The notes beneath the pieces were generated by a model that made no database searches, was not told where the DNA came from, and saw nothing but the letters and a program-made list of their open reading frames with translations. A stretch of DNA of 35,355 nt from Sphaeroforma arctica JP610 (lineage: Eukaryota): positions 138,293-173,647 of the forward strand of contig NW_014040497.1 of the NCBI RefSeq assembly GCF_001186125.1, given 5' to 3'. The translations under genes were made by a program, and so were the position numbers. Shown here piece by piece: positions 13,301-26,593 of this stretch (positions are counted from its first letter, which is position 1; the number at the start of each line of letters is the position of its first letter).

Positions 13301-16300
13301 TTGTCGTCTCCTCCGATGGACAGCCGAGACTCCCGGACAGTGCTGCTAACTGAGATGGCTTGCGCGTAGAATCCTCCTCCTTCCCATCATCTTCATCGTC
13401 GTTCTGCACTCTCACAGGTTCGTTTGTAAAGGCCAAGGGATCATCAGGATTTTCTACTTTCTCAAAGTCTTTGTTAAGCGTACCATGAGCACCCAGTGCT
13501 GACAATACATCGCCTGCGGTATCTGAGGCCGTGCAAGTTATGCAATGGGCGACTGCAATCGAATTGCTCTCGGATGCATTAGCTTCACCACCACCCCTCA
13601 ACACCGCTTGCATAGACTCGTGCATTTCGGTGATATTGCCATTGTTCGAGCCGATTTGGGACCGGGTGGATGCGACCCCAAGGGACGAAGATTGTAGTCG
13701 GCTGTCGCACCCAGAGTTCGGCTTGCGGTGTGATTTAGCGGGGCTTGTCAAGAGATCGGTGGCAACTGCGCAGGTGGTCTTTGGGTTGGCTGACGCAGGC
13801 GACTCGGTCTTAGATAGAGATCGTGGTGAATACCCCATGGATGCTGGGAATGGCATGATTCGAGGAATATGTTGAAGTAAGCCCAAACCTACACCGTAGT
13901 TGAGAAACATTAAGATATATTTTCGTGGTATAAAAATCCCAATTGAATTGTGCTAAAACGAGCACATTCGGGGAGTAAAAATTGAGTGAATTGTCTGTTG
14001 AGTAACTGTGTACCCATGTGCGCGGTATCATAAAAGTCACAGGGAGAATAACAACTCGATCTGATTTCGAAAACTCACCCAACTTTGCCTTGAACTTATC
14101 CGTCACCTTTGCTAACCCTGGCGTGCCTTGTCGCGTGCGCGCCTGTCTCTTACTATGCCCGGGTGTGCGAGGAGTATTTCGCAAGGTGTAGGCGTTCGAG
14201 ATGTCAGTTACTGGAGAACCATACTGAGAATAGACAGGGCTGCTGATGAAACGACGTTTCTACAAGGGTGCAGTTCAGAATGTAAATGCGAAAGGATGTC
14301 AGCAACCATGCCAGTAAAGGGCTAGAGCGACATATTTGAACAGCTGCAAATTTAGACCAATCTGAGAACTATAATCTCTGAGCACTTAATTCTGCATTTC
14401 CACTGTGTAGAAGGACCTCTTTAGGAGTATTTACCTGCGGTGTGCTAGCGGGGGGTTCGGTATACTTCCGCTTTACCGGCGCCGATCGTAAGTAAGAACC
14501 TGCCATTAAATATATTCGTTTATATCATAAATGTTTCGATCAAATTTGAAAAGGGTACATTATCGGTTGCCACGACTACATAGACTGTGTACATAGACAA
14601 TTCCGCAACAATGAAACAATGTTTGTTCTTACTCACCATGGTACTCGTATACTTTGGAAGGTAGAAGCACAGAACTACGGCCGCCTGGCGACTTTCCTGT
14701 GATATCGAACAACGACACCTGTCAAAGTGGAGCTCATAATACATCACTTTTTAAACGAGCCAACAAGACGCGTGCTATTAAGGCACATCATCTAAAATAA
14801 CTATAAATAACATATATATCATGCCACAATATTGATGTGCATGTGAACATTCTAGAGCATATAGCAGCAATTGCAACTACCGACCATCGAAGCACCATCG
14901 CTGATTCAGATATCAGGCGGAAAACAGTTCATGTAAGATTACAACATACCAAGAGATTCGGACTCTACATTGCATTCTTGAGCTAGACCATGCAGCAGAC
15001 CATGTGCGGCGAGGAAAGTCGAAATAGCTTCATCCACGAAGTTCAGAACTGCATCCCAGTCCTACAAAAACAATAGCTAAGTGATCAGGAAACGTTGCAA
15101 TAAAACTTGCACCAGTTGCCGACAAGAAAGCATCCAGAAAAAAAAGGTATATCTATATGAAAGTATCAGGTACATACCTTAAACTCAACTAGCGATTTGT
15201 CATGATGAATGCAGACATCGTGTGGAACATTTGTGATCAAGTTCAGTACATACACCCCAAATTTCTCTGCCTTCGCGATTGGCGGGCTATACTGTGGGCC
15301 TGTATCCGTGTCGGCGGCAGTCATGCGCAAACCTGATATCAAGACACAGCGCTTGTGAGTCAATGGCTTATTAGGTATCCTATCGAGCGAAGAAACTAAG
15401 ACATGGCGTACTCGTATGTACGTACTCGACATGTGCACTAAATACATACACCTAGTCCCATGTACTTGTACAAGTAATCTGGCACGAATAAGTGCAAGTA
15501 AAGATTTGAACAAGCTAATGTAGATGAGAGAAACTTGCCTGACAATGATGAGTCTTTGATCACCCCATTGATATGTTTGTGCAGGACGGACTTGCGAAGC
15601 AGCCGTTTGTTTAGGAATACGAACTGATATGATTTACTGAAGTGACCGATGGTTGACAAAAATCCTTCCAGAGTGTACTGTTGACCAGTATCATCGACTC
15701 TCCGTAGTGTGTGGAGATTATCAAGCATCGTTGCACCAAGCGTGAGAAATGTGTCGCGGAAAGCTTGCAATGACGACTCGCATTGCTTTGCTTCGACGAT
15801 AATCTGGAACGAAGATTTCGGTTTCTTATCAGGTATTGCAATTAGAGCGCATGTGTTCTTTAAATTTCAGAATTTGTAGACAGATATGAATATTCTCCGC
15901 ACAGCTAGGCAACAAGTGCGATTTAGAGCTACGGACTCGTTCGCAAACTACCTCTCGTATATCATCAGCAAGAATCAACAACCACTTGGGGAAAGTGTGC
16001 AGAGCCGGTTCAAAATACCTTGTTGTTAACGTCGTTGATGAGTTTGAAGGTCACCTGTGGATGTATTATCGCCATGCGTTGCACAGTCTGCTTAATGTGA
16101 CTGAGAGCAGCGGCGGGTTGTCCTCGCTGCCTTAGCTGCGCGCGAGAGTCAAATGGTATATCGGGATTATTTCAACAGTCATCTACGAGAAATCTTAAAT
16201 ACAATATGAAATTAAAGCCATCTATGGGATTCAATGCTAAAATAGAGCGCTCAAATGCTAATGAAGTGCGGTAGTGGATAGACGTGGCGGGTGCAATGAT

Positions 16301-17877
16301 GACAGCGCGCGTGATATGAAAACTGTTTGATCGAACCACGAGTCACAAGACGACGAGAAGTGAGTGCATAGAATAAGCCCTTTTGAGGTCATATGTTGCT
16401 GCACCTCTTAAGCAAAAACACAGTGTCGATGTGCATCCATTCGTGCGCAATTTTCAAAGCAACATGTACACACAGAAGCATCCGCCTACTACTAGAGCGA
16501 CGTACTAAGAGGCAATCGTACCGGCATGTTGTAGAACAATCGATGAACTTGGACTGTAGTCCCTGCACTAGGCTTTGGAGCACACACATCCGAACAGCAC
16601 ACCAGTGCACCGTCTTTGAACTTCTTCAGCAAACTTGGTCCGGTGGATGTTTTCGTATAGATCTCTAATGTTGAGATATCTCTAAGACTCGCCAAAGCTT
16701 CGCCAAAAAACCCGAACTGCCGTGGCGGTCTGGCGAGCACATTCTTTGTAAACGCTTCGTTGCCATCTGCATCGTAGTACATATCTTCTCCATCAAACTT
16801 GCTGCGTTTCCAGACCGCGACAGGATAAATGTTATGTCGTGTCATACGGGCTTTTAGAGGTTAAGCAGATCTATGGCAGTGCAAGGACGCCAACGATCGA
16901 CATCATAAGGTGCTACACGCTTGGGGATTCCATAGCATGGCGATATCAAGCAATATGTGAACAAGTGCACATCAAATAATAAACTGTTACTAGTCGCGTT
17001 CTAACGGGTCTTTAGACTTTCGAGCAGAATAAGGTCAACATCACGCGGGTCTCAGCGTGAACTCACATTTAAATTGGCTTCTGAGAACATGCAGGGAAGC
17101 CAGTGGAGCTACTGTGGTAATTTTGTCGAACTACTATGAACTGCAGGTCTTTCCAATCGTTCAGTACATAACGATTAGAAACTCAGATGAAAAAAACAAA
17201 GGTTAACAAAAGAAAAATATACAAACGTATGAGGTAAACACTTGCAAGCTCAGCGGGTTTCTTCTGGAACATAGTCACGTATTGCACGCAAATTTCGGTG
17301 AATATTGGTGACAAATTCCCCGAATTTTATTTTTGCTTCAATCGTGCATGTGTATAACAGCACAATACACGACAAATGGGGAGTGTTGCATCTGTGCTTT
17401 CCAACTGAAACGTTCTATTCGGCTCCTAGCAAGTCAAATTATAGTCAAATTATACAATACAAGCTAGATAAGAAATACTGGAACTGTACTTTCTTCTCTA
17501 GGCTGGTAGTGGATAGCTCTATTCGGATATATCTCACAATACAAGTCAGAAAATGCAGCATTGCATGGTCCGTATTAGTTAAAAGGCTGGTTGCATCTGT
17601 ACTTCCTTTCTTACCTGGTAGTGTATCGTTCGCCAATCAATCGCAAGTTCTCCAAATCCAGCCCAACCCCATTGTCGCTCACACAAACACTGAAAGTGTT
17701 CATATTCACCCGCACCTCAATGCGAGATGCGTGTGCGTCGAGTGCATTCAAAACCAGCTCCTCGACACATAGCGCCACACTTGTAATAGACACAGATGTT
17801 CGCAGCAACGATACAGCTTCTGCCCCGAGTTTCCGTATGCGCCCAGTTGCTGGGCCTTTTGGGCTACTAACTGCCAT
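10353..17877 (-). CDS. MLH3: MutL homolog MLH3. Exons approx. 17877-17615, 16801-16522, 16135-16019, 15803-15539, 15332-15178, 15061-14950, 14696-14637, 14499-14435, 14259-14079, 13843-11641, 11497-11359, 11179-11084, 10953-10784, 10484-10353
   Basis: GHKL ATPase motifs EELVLNALDA, DNGVG, RYTTSK, GFFGEALASL and GTTVQVHRLFYNMP. C-terminal endonuclease motifs DQHAAHERLRLE, ACRGAIKFGD and FQCAHGRP are the MLH3-type versions. A long S/T/P-rich linker lies between them. Confidence 0.95.
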
Positions 17878-18619
17878 CACAATAGTCTGGTGTCCAATAT
17901 TGACAGTGCTGCTTGTAGTGAGTGAGATTGGGCGTGGAACCTAATCACTTACCACTTCATTTGTTTAGTAATGGCATACCAAAGCCAGCATCGAACCGGC
18001 TTGGGCCGCATATACGCTTATTTGGCCATGAGACCCATCTACTCACAGCACCTCTCACAGCATTTGTATTAAGATATGCTAGATAAGCTGCAGAAACACT
18101 ACTATAGTCGCCGGGTGTCGTGTCCTTCCAGCTACGTGTGATACTGACTCATAAGTACAGAACAAAACCACCCTCCCGTACTAGTAGTAGAGTGCGGTGC
18201 AGGTTCAACTTTCGTGTGCACATTTTAATATTTTATAAATATTACTCATGAATGAAATGATGGTTTACCATTGGATTCTTTGTAAACCAATCAAAACTCG
18301 AGTAAACGACCAGTCAGAGAACTGGCAATGTCACAAGTTCACAGCTCAGTCGCACACGTCTGATTGTAAATTCAAAAATTTTGGTCGCTAAGATCTCACG
18401 TTCGAAACTCGCTGCGGCAGATGTTTTTTTCCAGCACATTCTATCTAAACCATATTGTGAACCACATACGCCAAAAATGACAACAATTCAGTCCAAGGCT
18501 ATATTTCAAATAGGTTCAAAGGTCGAATTAGCGAATTGCAGTAGCTGTTGTAATCCTAGATAGGACTATAAGTTTTTAACGATCTGAATTTGCTACTAAC
18601 GCACTCCAGCTTGAAATAG

Positions 18620-18694
18620 CAGTATAGAATGTTAATCACCCCCGGCTAATGTTTTTAAGTATTGATCCAGGGCGTTTATTAATGGATTTATATT
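18620..18694. mobile_element. Possible short MITE relic (imperfect inverted repeat)
   Basis: Left arm CAGTATAGAATGTTAATCACCCCCGG resembles the reverse complement of the right arm, AATATAAATCCATTAATAAACGCCCTGG. No clear TSD. Confidence 0.35.
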
Positions 18695-18868
18695 TTATAT
18701 TTATCTAGAATTCTATTTATACCTGCCGATACCAAATCTGTAACGCTGCCGATAGCGTCGTTGCAATCGTAGTAATCCAGTAGAGTTTCAGGTTAAGTTC
18801 ACAGTGATAATTAAATAGCTGGATAGCGAGTGGCAACTACCACCGGATGTATGTCTAAGCTCAGCTGC

Positions 18869-21800
18869 CTACTGATTCTCAAGATCGTCATAGTTAGGTA
18901 GTATCTCATCGAGATTATTGTGCGGGCGAGACTCGCCATTATGGCTATACAGTGCAAAAGGCAGCGACCCCAGACGTTCCGCTGTATTGTCTTCTTCGTA
19001 CATCTCAGACTCCGTTGGATTCTCAGGTGATTGTAGGCTCAATTTTGCCATACTTGATGAAGTTGAGATAGAGGGAGCTCTGCCTATTGATTCGACATCC
19101 GGTTGATACCTCTGTTCGAAAACGGTCCGCCTCGCCGTATTATCAGGTATTGTCCACGGGTTGGAGTCAGAAGGCCCTAGATAAGATGAGTACAAGAAAA
19201 GGGTATCGGTGTAAGCTTAAGAAACGCTGACGCTTGCCAGTGAAACTTGTATTCTGGGTGCCGACATGAGTGTTATTAAAAAATTGCAGATCGTCAGCGT
19301 GAGCTACCTAGCGTAGCGAGCGCACAAAAGAGTATGATAAGAGAAACCTATCACTGCAAAAACAAAATCACGTGGAAAGCCAAGTGAGGAAGTACGGACT
19401 GATTGAAGCAATTATTTGTTAGCAAAAGCACCAATGAATCCTACTAAACATACCCGTCTCTGGTGGATGTATATTCAGATTAGGCGCCGAACCACGGTTG
19501 TTATAGATCTGGTTTGCGGAGTATTCGAATGTTTTCTCAGTTGGTCCCCCAGTGGCCTCTTGCCACCGAGCTTCGTGTTGATCAAGATCTTCGCCTGATG
19601 TGGAACTCTCCGTGCCCTGTACAAGGCTCTCCTCTACGGCGGCTTCCTGGATATAGGATTTTAATTAAATAATATATAGCAGTTATAATATATATGTACT
19701 GACGTCTACGTACTCCGACAACGAACAAAAATAAATGCAAGTCCTCCAGTGCAAAGAACATCCTTTGTAAGACCGACTTACCTTCCCACTTGACTTTATG
19801 TTATTCCAGAATAGCGCGGACTTCTTCTTAGCTCTGCCGTGTCTCATTTGTATCCTCTGCGGTAGTGTATAAGCACGTGCTCTGTGCGTAAAGTACGTAA
19901 TTTCAATGATAGAAGACTACAACAACCGCTGAATAGTTGCGAATGGGCGGCATTCAATAAAGATCTGTCCCAATGGGTTCAACTTCCAAAACAAACGATG
20001 CGTTAACTGATAAATACCTGAGTTGGTCGATGTGGCCGGCATAAGCCCAGTTCCTATCGTTTGTTGGTTTTATGAAATATCGCTGCAGTCTGCCTGGTTT
20101 TATGGTCGTCCGTTCACCATCCACGAAGACACTTTCTTCAGCTTCTTGCTCGCTGATACCAACAATATCAGACACTTTTTCCACCTCTTCGAATATTGGT
20201 GGTTCCTCGTTCTCATGAAATTGAACATGATCAAGCATCCGATTCATATTATCGCTAGATTTGGGTGGGCACGAGGGGAGGAACGAGCTATACTATGAGC
20301 ATTCAGCACAGATACGCGAAACGTGACAACTGCACACCAGAAATAAAAAATTACAGTATTCGCAGATTGGCTCCGGTATCGAGATAGTAGAGTATTGTGC
20401 AAAAGTTATGCTCATGCACTCACACACTTGACGAGTGCGATTGTAGATACGCTACGTCGCTCACAATCATTTTGGTTCACATACCCGAAAACCATCTTTG
20501 AGACCTCCTCAGCTACAGAAACAGTTATTGGTAGGCGTAATTTCTGAACGAGTTCTCCGACGGCAGTTACCTTAGCAACCAGTTCATATGTGACCTGAAG
20601 TGTCACGCCGTTATGATTGGCAGTGTAAATGACGGAAGGCGCTAAGAACTCTCCACTGTCACCTGCGTTCCGCGGTGCGATTGAGAGGAAGCAGAAGGTA
20701 AAAACTGAGTCCATTGGTCAGGGATACGAACAAAGTAAACCCAGATCAATATAAAAGTAGCTGTTGCGGTTGAAAAACTTTTTCGCCTCGCGAGAAGGCC
20801 TTGCTCTACGGCTGCTTCATACCGCGTTTTCCCGTATCAATATGAAGACTTTGGTGGCAGGCTTTACGTATCGAATCTGTTGTGGGCAAAATCTGTACCT
20901 TCTTGAACGCTTTTCTCAAAACGATGTCCTGCGTGTTTGGCATAAAAAGCAAAGTCAAAATTGGTAACGATATATACCGGCCGCAAGACGTACAAGCTCA
21001 TTCTGTTGTGTAAGGTGATTGAAGGGCGCATGGCACTCTTACCGATGACTCTTTACGAGCCAGAGACGGAGAAACCCGTCGATTGACCCCACTTTCTGAC
21101 GCGTATAAGTCCTCGGGCGACAATTTGATGCTAGTCTCACTGCCCGATTTGCTAGTAGACCGTCGGTGATGCTTTAATACAGTTGGAAACAGAGAAGCTC
21201 GATGCTTAGTCCCAGTCTTTTCTGTTTTCTCCCCCTTCTCCAACATAGTTACCGGTTTCTCTGTGATAGATTGACGAACAGTGCCGAAAACCAAAGCATG
21301 AGCATATACATTGATCCTTCAAATTAGCTACAAACCATGTCTCATATAAATTAGGTGAGCGTAGCTACTCAAATATGCAGGGTGTTTAGGTAAAACGGCT
21401 AACTAGAGCCAACAAACGCGGATACTCACAAGTACTTGGTTGCGCGCACGACGTGAGTATATGGTGTATAGAACACAAACAGTACAGCAAAACAAAGCAC
21501 TTCTCAACCGCACTATATTTTGCTCACACACCTTCTTTCTTCGACTCCGGGGTTCTGGGTAAACTTTCAGGTGAGACAGGAGTACCTGGTCTACTATCCG
21601 CTGAGTCATTTGATACCAGGCTCCCAGTTGACGGCGATTCCTTCAATGCTTCGCCGTATTCAAAACTAGTACTGTCTTTGCTCAGTGTAACTGACTCTAG
21701 GTTAGTTTTATACGATACCATTTCAGCGCCTCGCTTGTCGGTCAGCACAACACTTTGTCTATAAAAGACCTGCAAGAAAAGGAAAAAAAAACAAACTCTC

Positions 21801-24151
21801 AACAAGAATGGCAAGCAAAATAATAACCTGTTTCCCTCGTGATTCATATCAATTGGACAATCATCAGCGCGAACAGATTTAATTGCCATGTTAACTGATG
21901 GCTACCACGCGAGATCGCGAAATGCGATTTTCGAAAACTTTTCCTTGTTTTGGTGCACGAAGCGGGTTTAGTATGGGAAAAAATAAGATACCTTGACTTT
22001 TTCTATAAACAGACTTCTGTAATCTGACGTGGCCGATAACACCATCGATACAGGCTTGTCCGCAGCGCTTATTGAGTTTTCGGTGGACACTTCTACTTGC
22101 AGTTTGCTTCTGCCAAGGATATCAAACTGTAATGATGTCGGATCGAATTATTATATTGATGAGGGCCATGTTTACAATCTATATTTGTGCATGTTCCTTC
22201 ACCCCTCTCCCAAAAAAACCCGTAGCATTTTCAATACCACCAAAAATCCAAAACTCAGAAGGGAAAAGAATAATCATATATAAAGTGAACCCCATGGTTA
22301 TTTTGCAAACCGAGACAACTAATAATCTAAGTCTTTACAAAAACTCCCGGTGGCCTTTCTAGATGCATGTAGAAATGAAAAGTGATGTGATATACTGTAC
22401 ATACCGATTTCCGCGTGGAGGTTTTGCCCTCATTCATATGGATATAAACAGTAGACTTCTCAAACCGCGTCTGCGACAAGACCACTGAGAAACCAATCAA
22501 TAAAAATATATCAACGAGTTGCACATGACATGACAGTGACCGATGCTATTCATCTCGACCGCGGTTGAAATTATCGTCCGCGTGTTCTAATAACATTGCA
22601 ACAATTTACCACGCGCATCATGAAGGCACGCATCAACAAAACAGAATACGCAAATTGCTGGCTGCAGATGACCATGTCATCGCTGATCCCACTGACATGT
22701 ACTGTGATTACCTAGTGGTTTGTTCGCAATCTGGAACGTAAGACTGACTTCCCAAAAGCATATGACATGGTCGGACTGGAATGAGCTCGGCATGATATCC
22801 TCTGGCAAATTAAAATCCAAATTCATCTGCAAGGGGCGAATTAGTAATGAGCGCTTGTAACGCACTGGAACGAATTGTACATTCAACCCAAACCAGATCT
22901 GACGTGCCCGTCGAGTGCTGCGAACAGATGAATCGCTACAGATTATAAGATTGGTTTTGGGTTAAAAAAAATATATCAATAACTTTATATCCACACACAC
23001 AAACACAATGGAGTCATCGGTATGTACAAATATACATGCGATCACAGTACTACACGACATTAAAATGTGATTTACAGGTGCCGTTAAGATGCACAGATGT
23101 GATGCTGATTGCGTTTCATGGACGATACCTAACCTCGATCAAGTCTTTCAGTAGAAACATTTTATTGATGTAAATATTCTCTAATGTATATCTAGGAGCT
23201 CAGATATTTAAAAAATAAGAAGAAATCCTTCAGGCAGAAACGAAGCGTGATAGTATGTCATGTCGTACATACGCAGCGAAATCAAAACTTAAACTCACGT
23301 GGGCGGCTCCAGGCACGACTTCGACATCTCCCAATTTGAGAAATTTGCTAAAAAGCACGTGGTTCTTGGGCTTCTTCTTCTTGTCCTTTGTCTTCTCTTG
23401 GAATACATTTGCAATTAGCAACTTCATGTCCGGGTAGTACAACGGACAGTCTCTTTGCGAATCGATGTCGATCGAAATCTGGGAAATAAAAGAGTTCCAC
23501 GGATATGGTTTCTAATTAACCGATTACAAGTTTATATATATATCTCCCAGAACCGAACAATTCTGAGGACACAGATGAATCAAACAAAACACACCATAAA
23601 CGCAAAAACGCTAGGACACCTAAACGAAGCATATCCAACGATAATCTTAGTAGTATTTATGCAAGTCAGAACATATTGAATGCATACAGCCCATACTCCA
23701 TATTTCAAATGTGTTTTCAATACAGATTCATAACCACGCCACAACACAAACAATTACGTATATACATACATACACTCACCAACACATCCACATTCATACA
23801 TACAGACATAATATATATATATATATATAAATATAAACATAGGAGCACATATACATATACAGATATATATATATATACACACAAAAGAATATATAAATAT
23901 AAATATAAAGATGAACACAGATACATATATATATATATATGTAAATATAATAAAAAAACACAGACACAGACACACAGACACAGATATATAAATGTATATA
24001 TCCATGTATACACAAACACACATATATATATCTACATACACACACACATATATATATCCACATTCAATATATATATATATATAGAAATTTGTATAAATGA
24101 TATATATATATTTACGCATATAAATATAAATATAAATATATACATATACAT

Positions 24152-24182
<31 letters not shown>

Positions 24183-24464
24183 CGAGTACAAAAATTTATA
24201 TATAGTTGTATGTTATATGTACTTAATATATGTTTTCAATGCATATTCTTGAGAGTTTACATGTACGTAGTGCACGCTCCTATTTATGAGGATCCTCTTT
24301 ACATTTGTGTATGCACGTTTAACCATCCATTTTGTGCGCTCATGCCCTGAAAATTTCACGATATTGCCTGTTTCGCGAGATCAATCGCATAATAGTACAA
24401 TAGTATATAAATCATATATATATATATATAGATGTGGATATATAGATATGTATTAATATATCTG

Positions 24465-24502
<38 letters not shown>

Positions 24503-25074
24503 CACATACACACACACACACACACAGACACAGACACAGACACACAGACACAGACACACATATATATAGTAGATCAGATATAAAAGGGTAATGTAAAAAG
24601 GCTTATTGCTAAAGTTGGTCATGAATAGGATACAGATATAGTATGGGGGAGATTTTAATTTGTTAGGAACGTGTCCCTATTTACATGAGGCTTATAATCA
24701 TGTCTACCGTGTGTAAAGGGAGATAAGCGATTTTATAGTACCCCATGGGGGACATGCAATACATATGTTTTATATATATAATACACAGACATTATATATA
24801 TATATATACATGAATAGTGTGCGTTTATAAGGGTATTATATAGATATGTGTATTTTATATCTATATAAATTCATGTTAATATATATATATATATATATAT
24901 ATATAACGCGCTGCATGGATTGTGATATATCATTGAAGGTTAAATTTTTACCTGTACAACATCGTGGTCAAAATACACAGGCTTATCCAAACTTAAAGTG
25001 AAATTCGGCTTCACTTTTTGGATACGTGCAGGTTCCTTTTTCTGATCATGTTTCATCTTTTGATCATGTTTCAT
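18869..25074 (-). CDS. Alpha-arrestin (arrestin N and C domains, PY-motif tail). Exons approx. 25074-24952, 23479-23299, 22827-22713, 22485-22405, 22358-22339, 22109-21992, 21769-21532, 21260-21043, 20929-20824, 20663-20485, 20254-20018, 19881-19782, 19647-19454, 19177-18869
   Basis: Arrestin-like motifs LSLDKPVYFDHDVV, PGAAH|MNLDFNLPEDIMPSSFQ, LQVEVSTE, VKVFYRQSVVL and LAPSV...VTYELVAKV...LRLPITV, plus a C-terminal LPNY. A fully in-frame GT-AG path exists. Boundaries may be off by a few bases. Confidence 0.78.
23740..24910. repeat. Extended (TA)n/(CA)n/(CAGACA)n low-complexity tracts in arrestin intron 1
   Basis: Directly visible. These tracts generate the spurious I/Y/H/T-rich ORFs. Confidence 0.92.
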
Positions 25075-26593
25075 CTTTTCTCAAACGGTTGAGTTTAAAA
25101 TGATCTCGATATGTCTCACTATATATATGCTTTTGCTGACACCGCTTTTCATACTCTCTATAAAGCGATATTATATATATAAGAGAAGGAATTGATGAAG
25201 GAAAGCCGCGAGTCGCGATATGAGGTCAGCTATATTTTAATGGAAATAGCTCCTGGGGAAACGTGATAGTGTTAAAAAGTGTGGTGGGACTGGGACTAGT
25301 AGAAAGTCTTCTTATATTACTAAAAAAAAGCCATCGTGTTTCAGCGTTATCAGCATGACGACTGTGAGTGTGAGAGACTGGGAGTCTGGGACACTGGGTC
25401 TGGAGTTCTGGACTGGAGCCTGGGCCCTTCAGTGAAGTCCTGAACTCTTGGCCCTGGACTGGAACTCTGATAGTCTGGAACTGTGGATTGGTGGAAGTCA
25501 GGTGATCTATTTTGGGTTGGTTTTTCTTTATTCCTTTTTGTAAAAGAAATACTATAAAATCATGTACATAAAAAATCACCTATATTTAAAAGTATATATG
25601 CTAAATTTGTATTTTATAATTTATAGAGAGGCATTTTTTATAAAAGCACCGGCTAGTCGGTTACAGCCTATTTATAATTCGCGCCTCTCATTTTCTCATT
25701 TCACAACCACGACACAAATATTTTAGGAACCTCACAGGGAATCACTTTAAAAAAAAATCAAGGACCCCCTCTGAAAACGTGACCTAATACTATTAAGGGC
25801 AATCCGATATGAGTGAATTTGAATTCTCCAGTGCTCACTGCTCTCTCTCTCGCTTCGTGTTGTATTGATTTTTAAAAACAAAAAAACAAATATATAATGC
25901 ATTTAGAAAAAATGTGTAGTTGTGTATGTATTTAGTATGGACTGTACACTGTACAGTATTTTTATATATATATTAATAACAAAAAATACATATATTTATG
26001 TACATAAATACATACCACATTTCCCTTCTGTTTGTTGTTTTGCTTTTTAAAAAACAACAACAAATAAAACATTGTATCAACACCAGGCCATACATCACAT
26101 CATTAAGATACGTATTGTACGTTTTCTTAACAGATTTAGAAAGAGTCCTGCATCCTATTTCTTAATTATGAATCTATGTCCAAAATTATTTATTCTTCAT
26201 AATTGATAATTAGCATTAAGAATAAGATATTCCCGATTTTATATCACATATTACATAATTAAGAATAAGAAATTATTTATTGACGAGCAAACTTAACATA
26301 TTAATTTTGCTATAGTTCTTTAATAATATTTCTTATTAAGAAATATTAAGAAATATATATATTATTAAGATTAAGTTATCAATATATATCCATATTTCAT
26401 TCTTAATATGTCGTACGAGTGACACTGTGACAGACAGACCCTTGGTGACTCGTCGCAATCAGGCCTGAATCGCCCTGATCACATTTCACAAGTATTTAGA
26501 CACAGAACAGTGAAAAGTTGGGAATACAGAGCTACAGACACTGTGACACACACGACATTAACTCATTATGTCCCACTGCCACAATATACACAG

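Noticed and set aside
11896..13875. Plus-strand ORFs of 110-184 aa
   Set aside because: They are antisense shadows of the large MLH3 exon.
23676..24350. 224 aa I/Y/H-rich ORF and its antisense ORFs
   Set aside because: Low-complexity TA/CA intronic sequence.
25226..25579. 117 aa minus-strand ORF upstream of the arrestin
   Set aside because: It has no ATG start or recognisable motif and derives from a CTGGA-rich low-complexity patch. The arrestin ATG is preceded by an in-frame stop.
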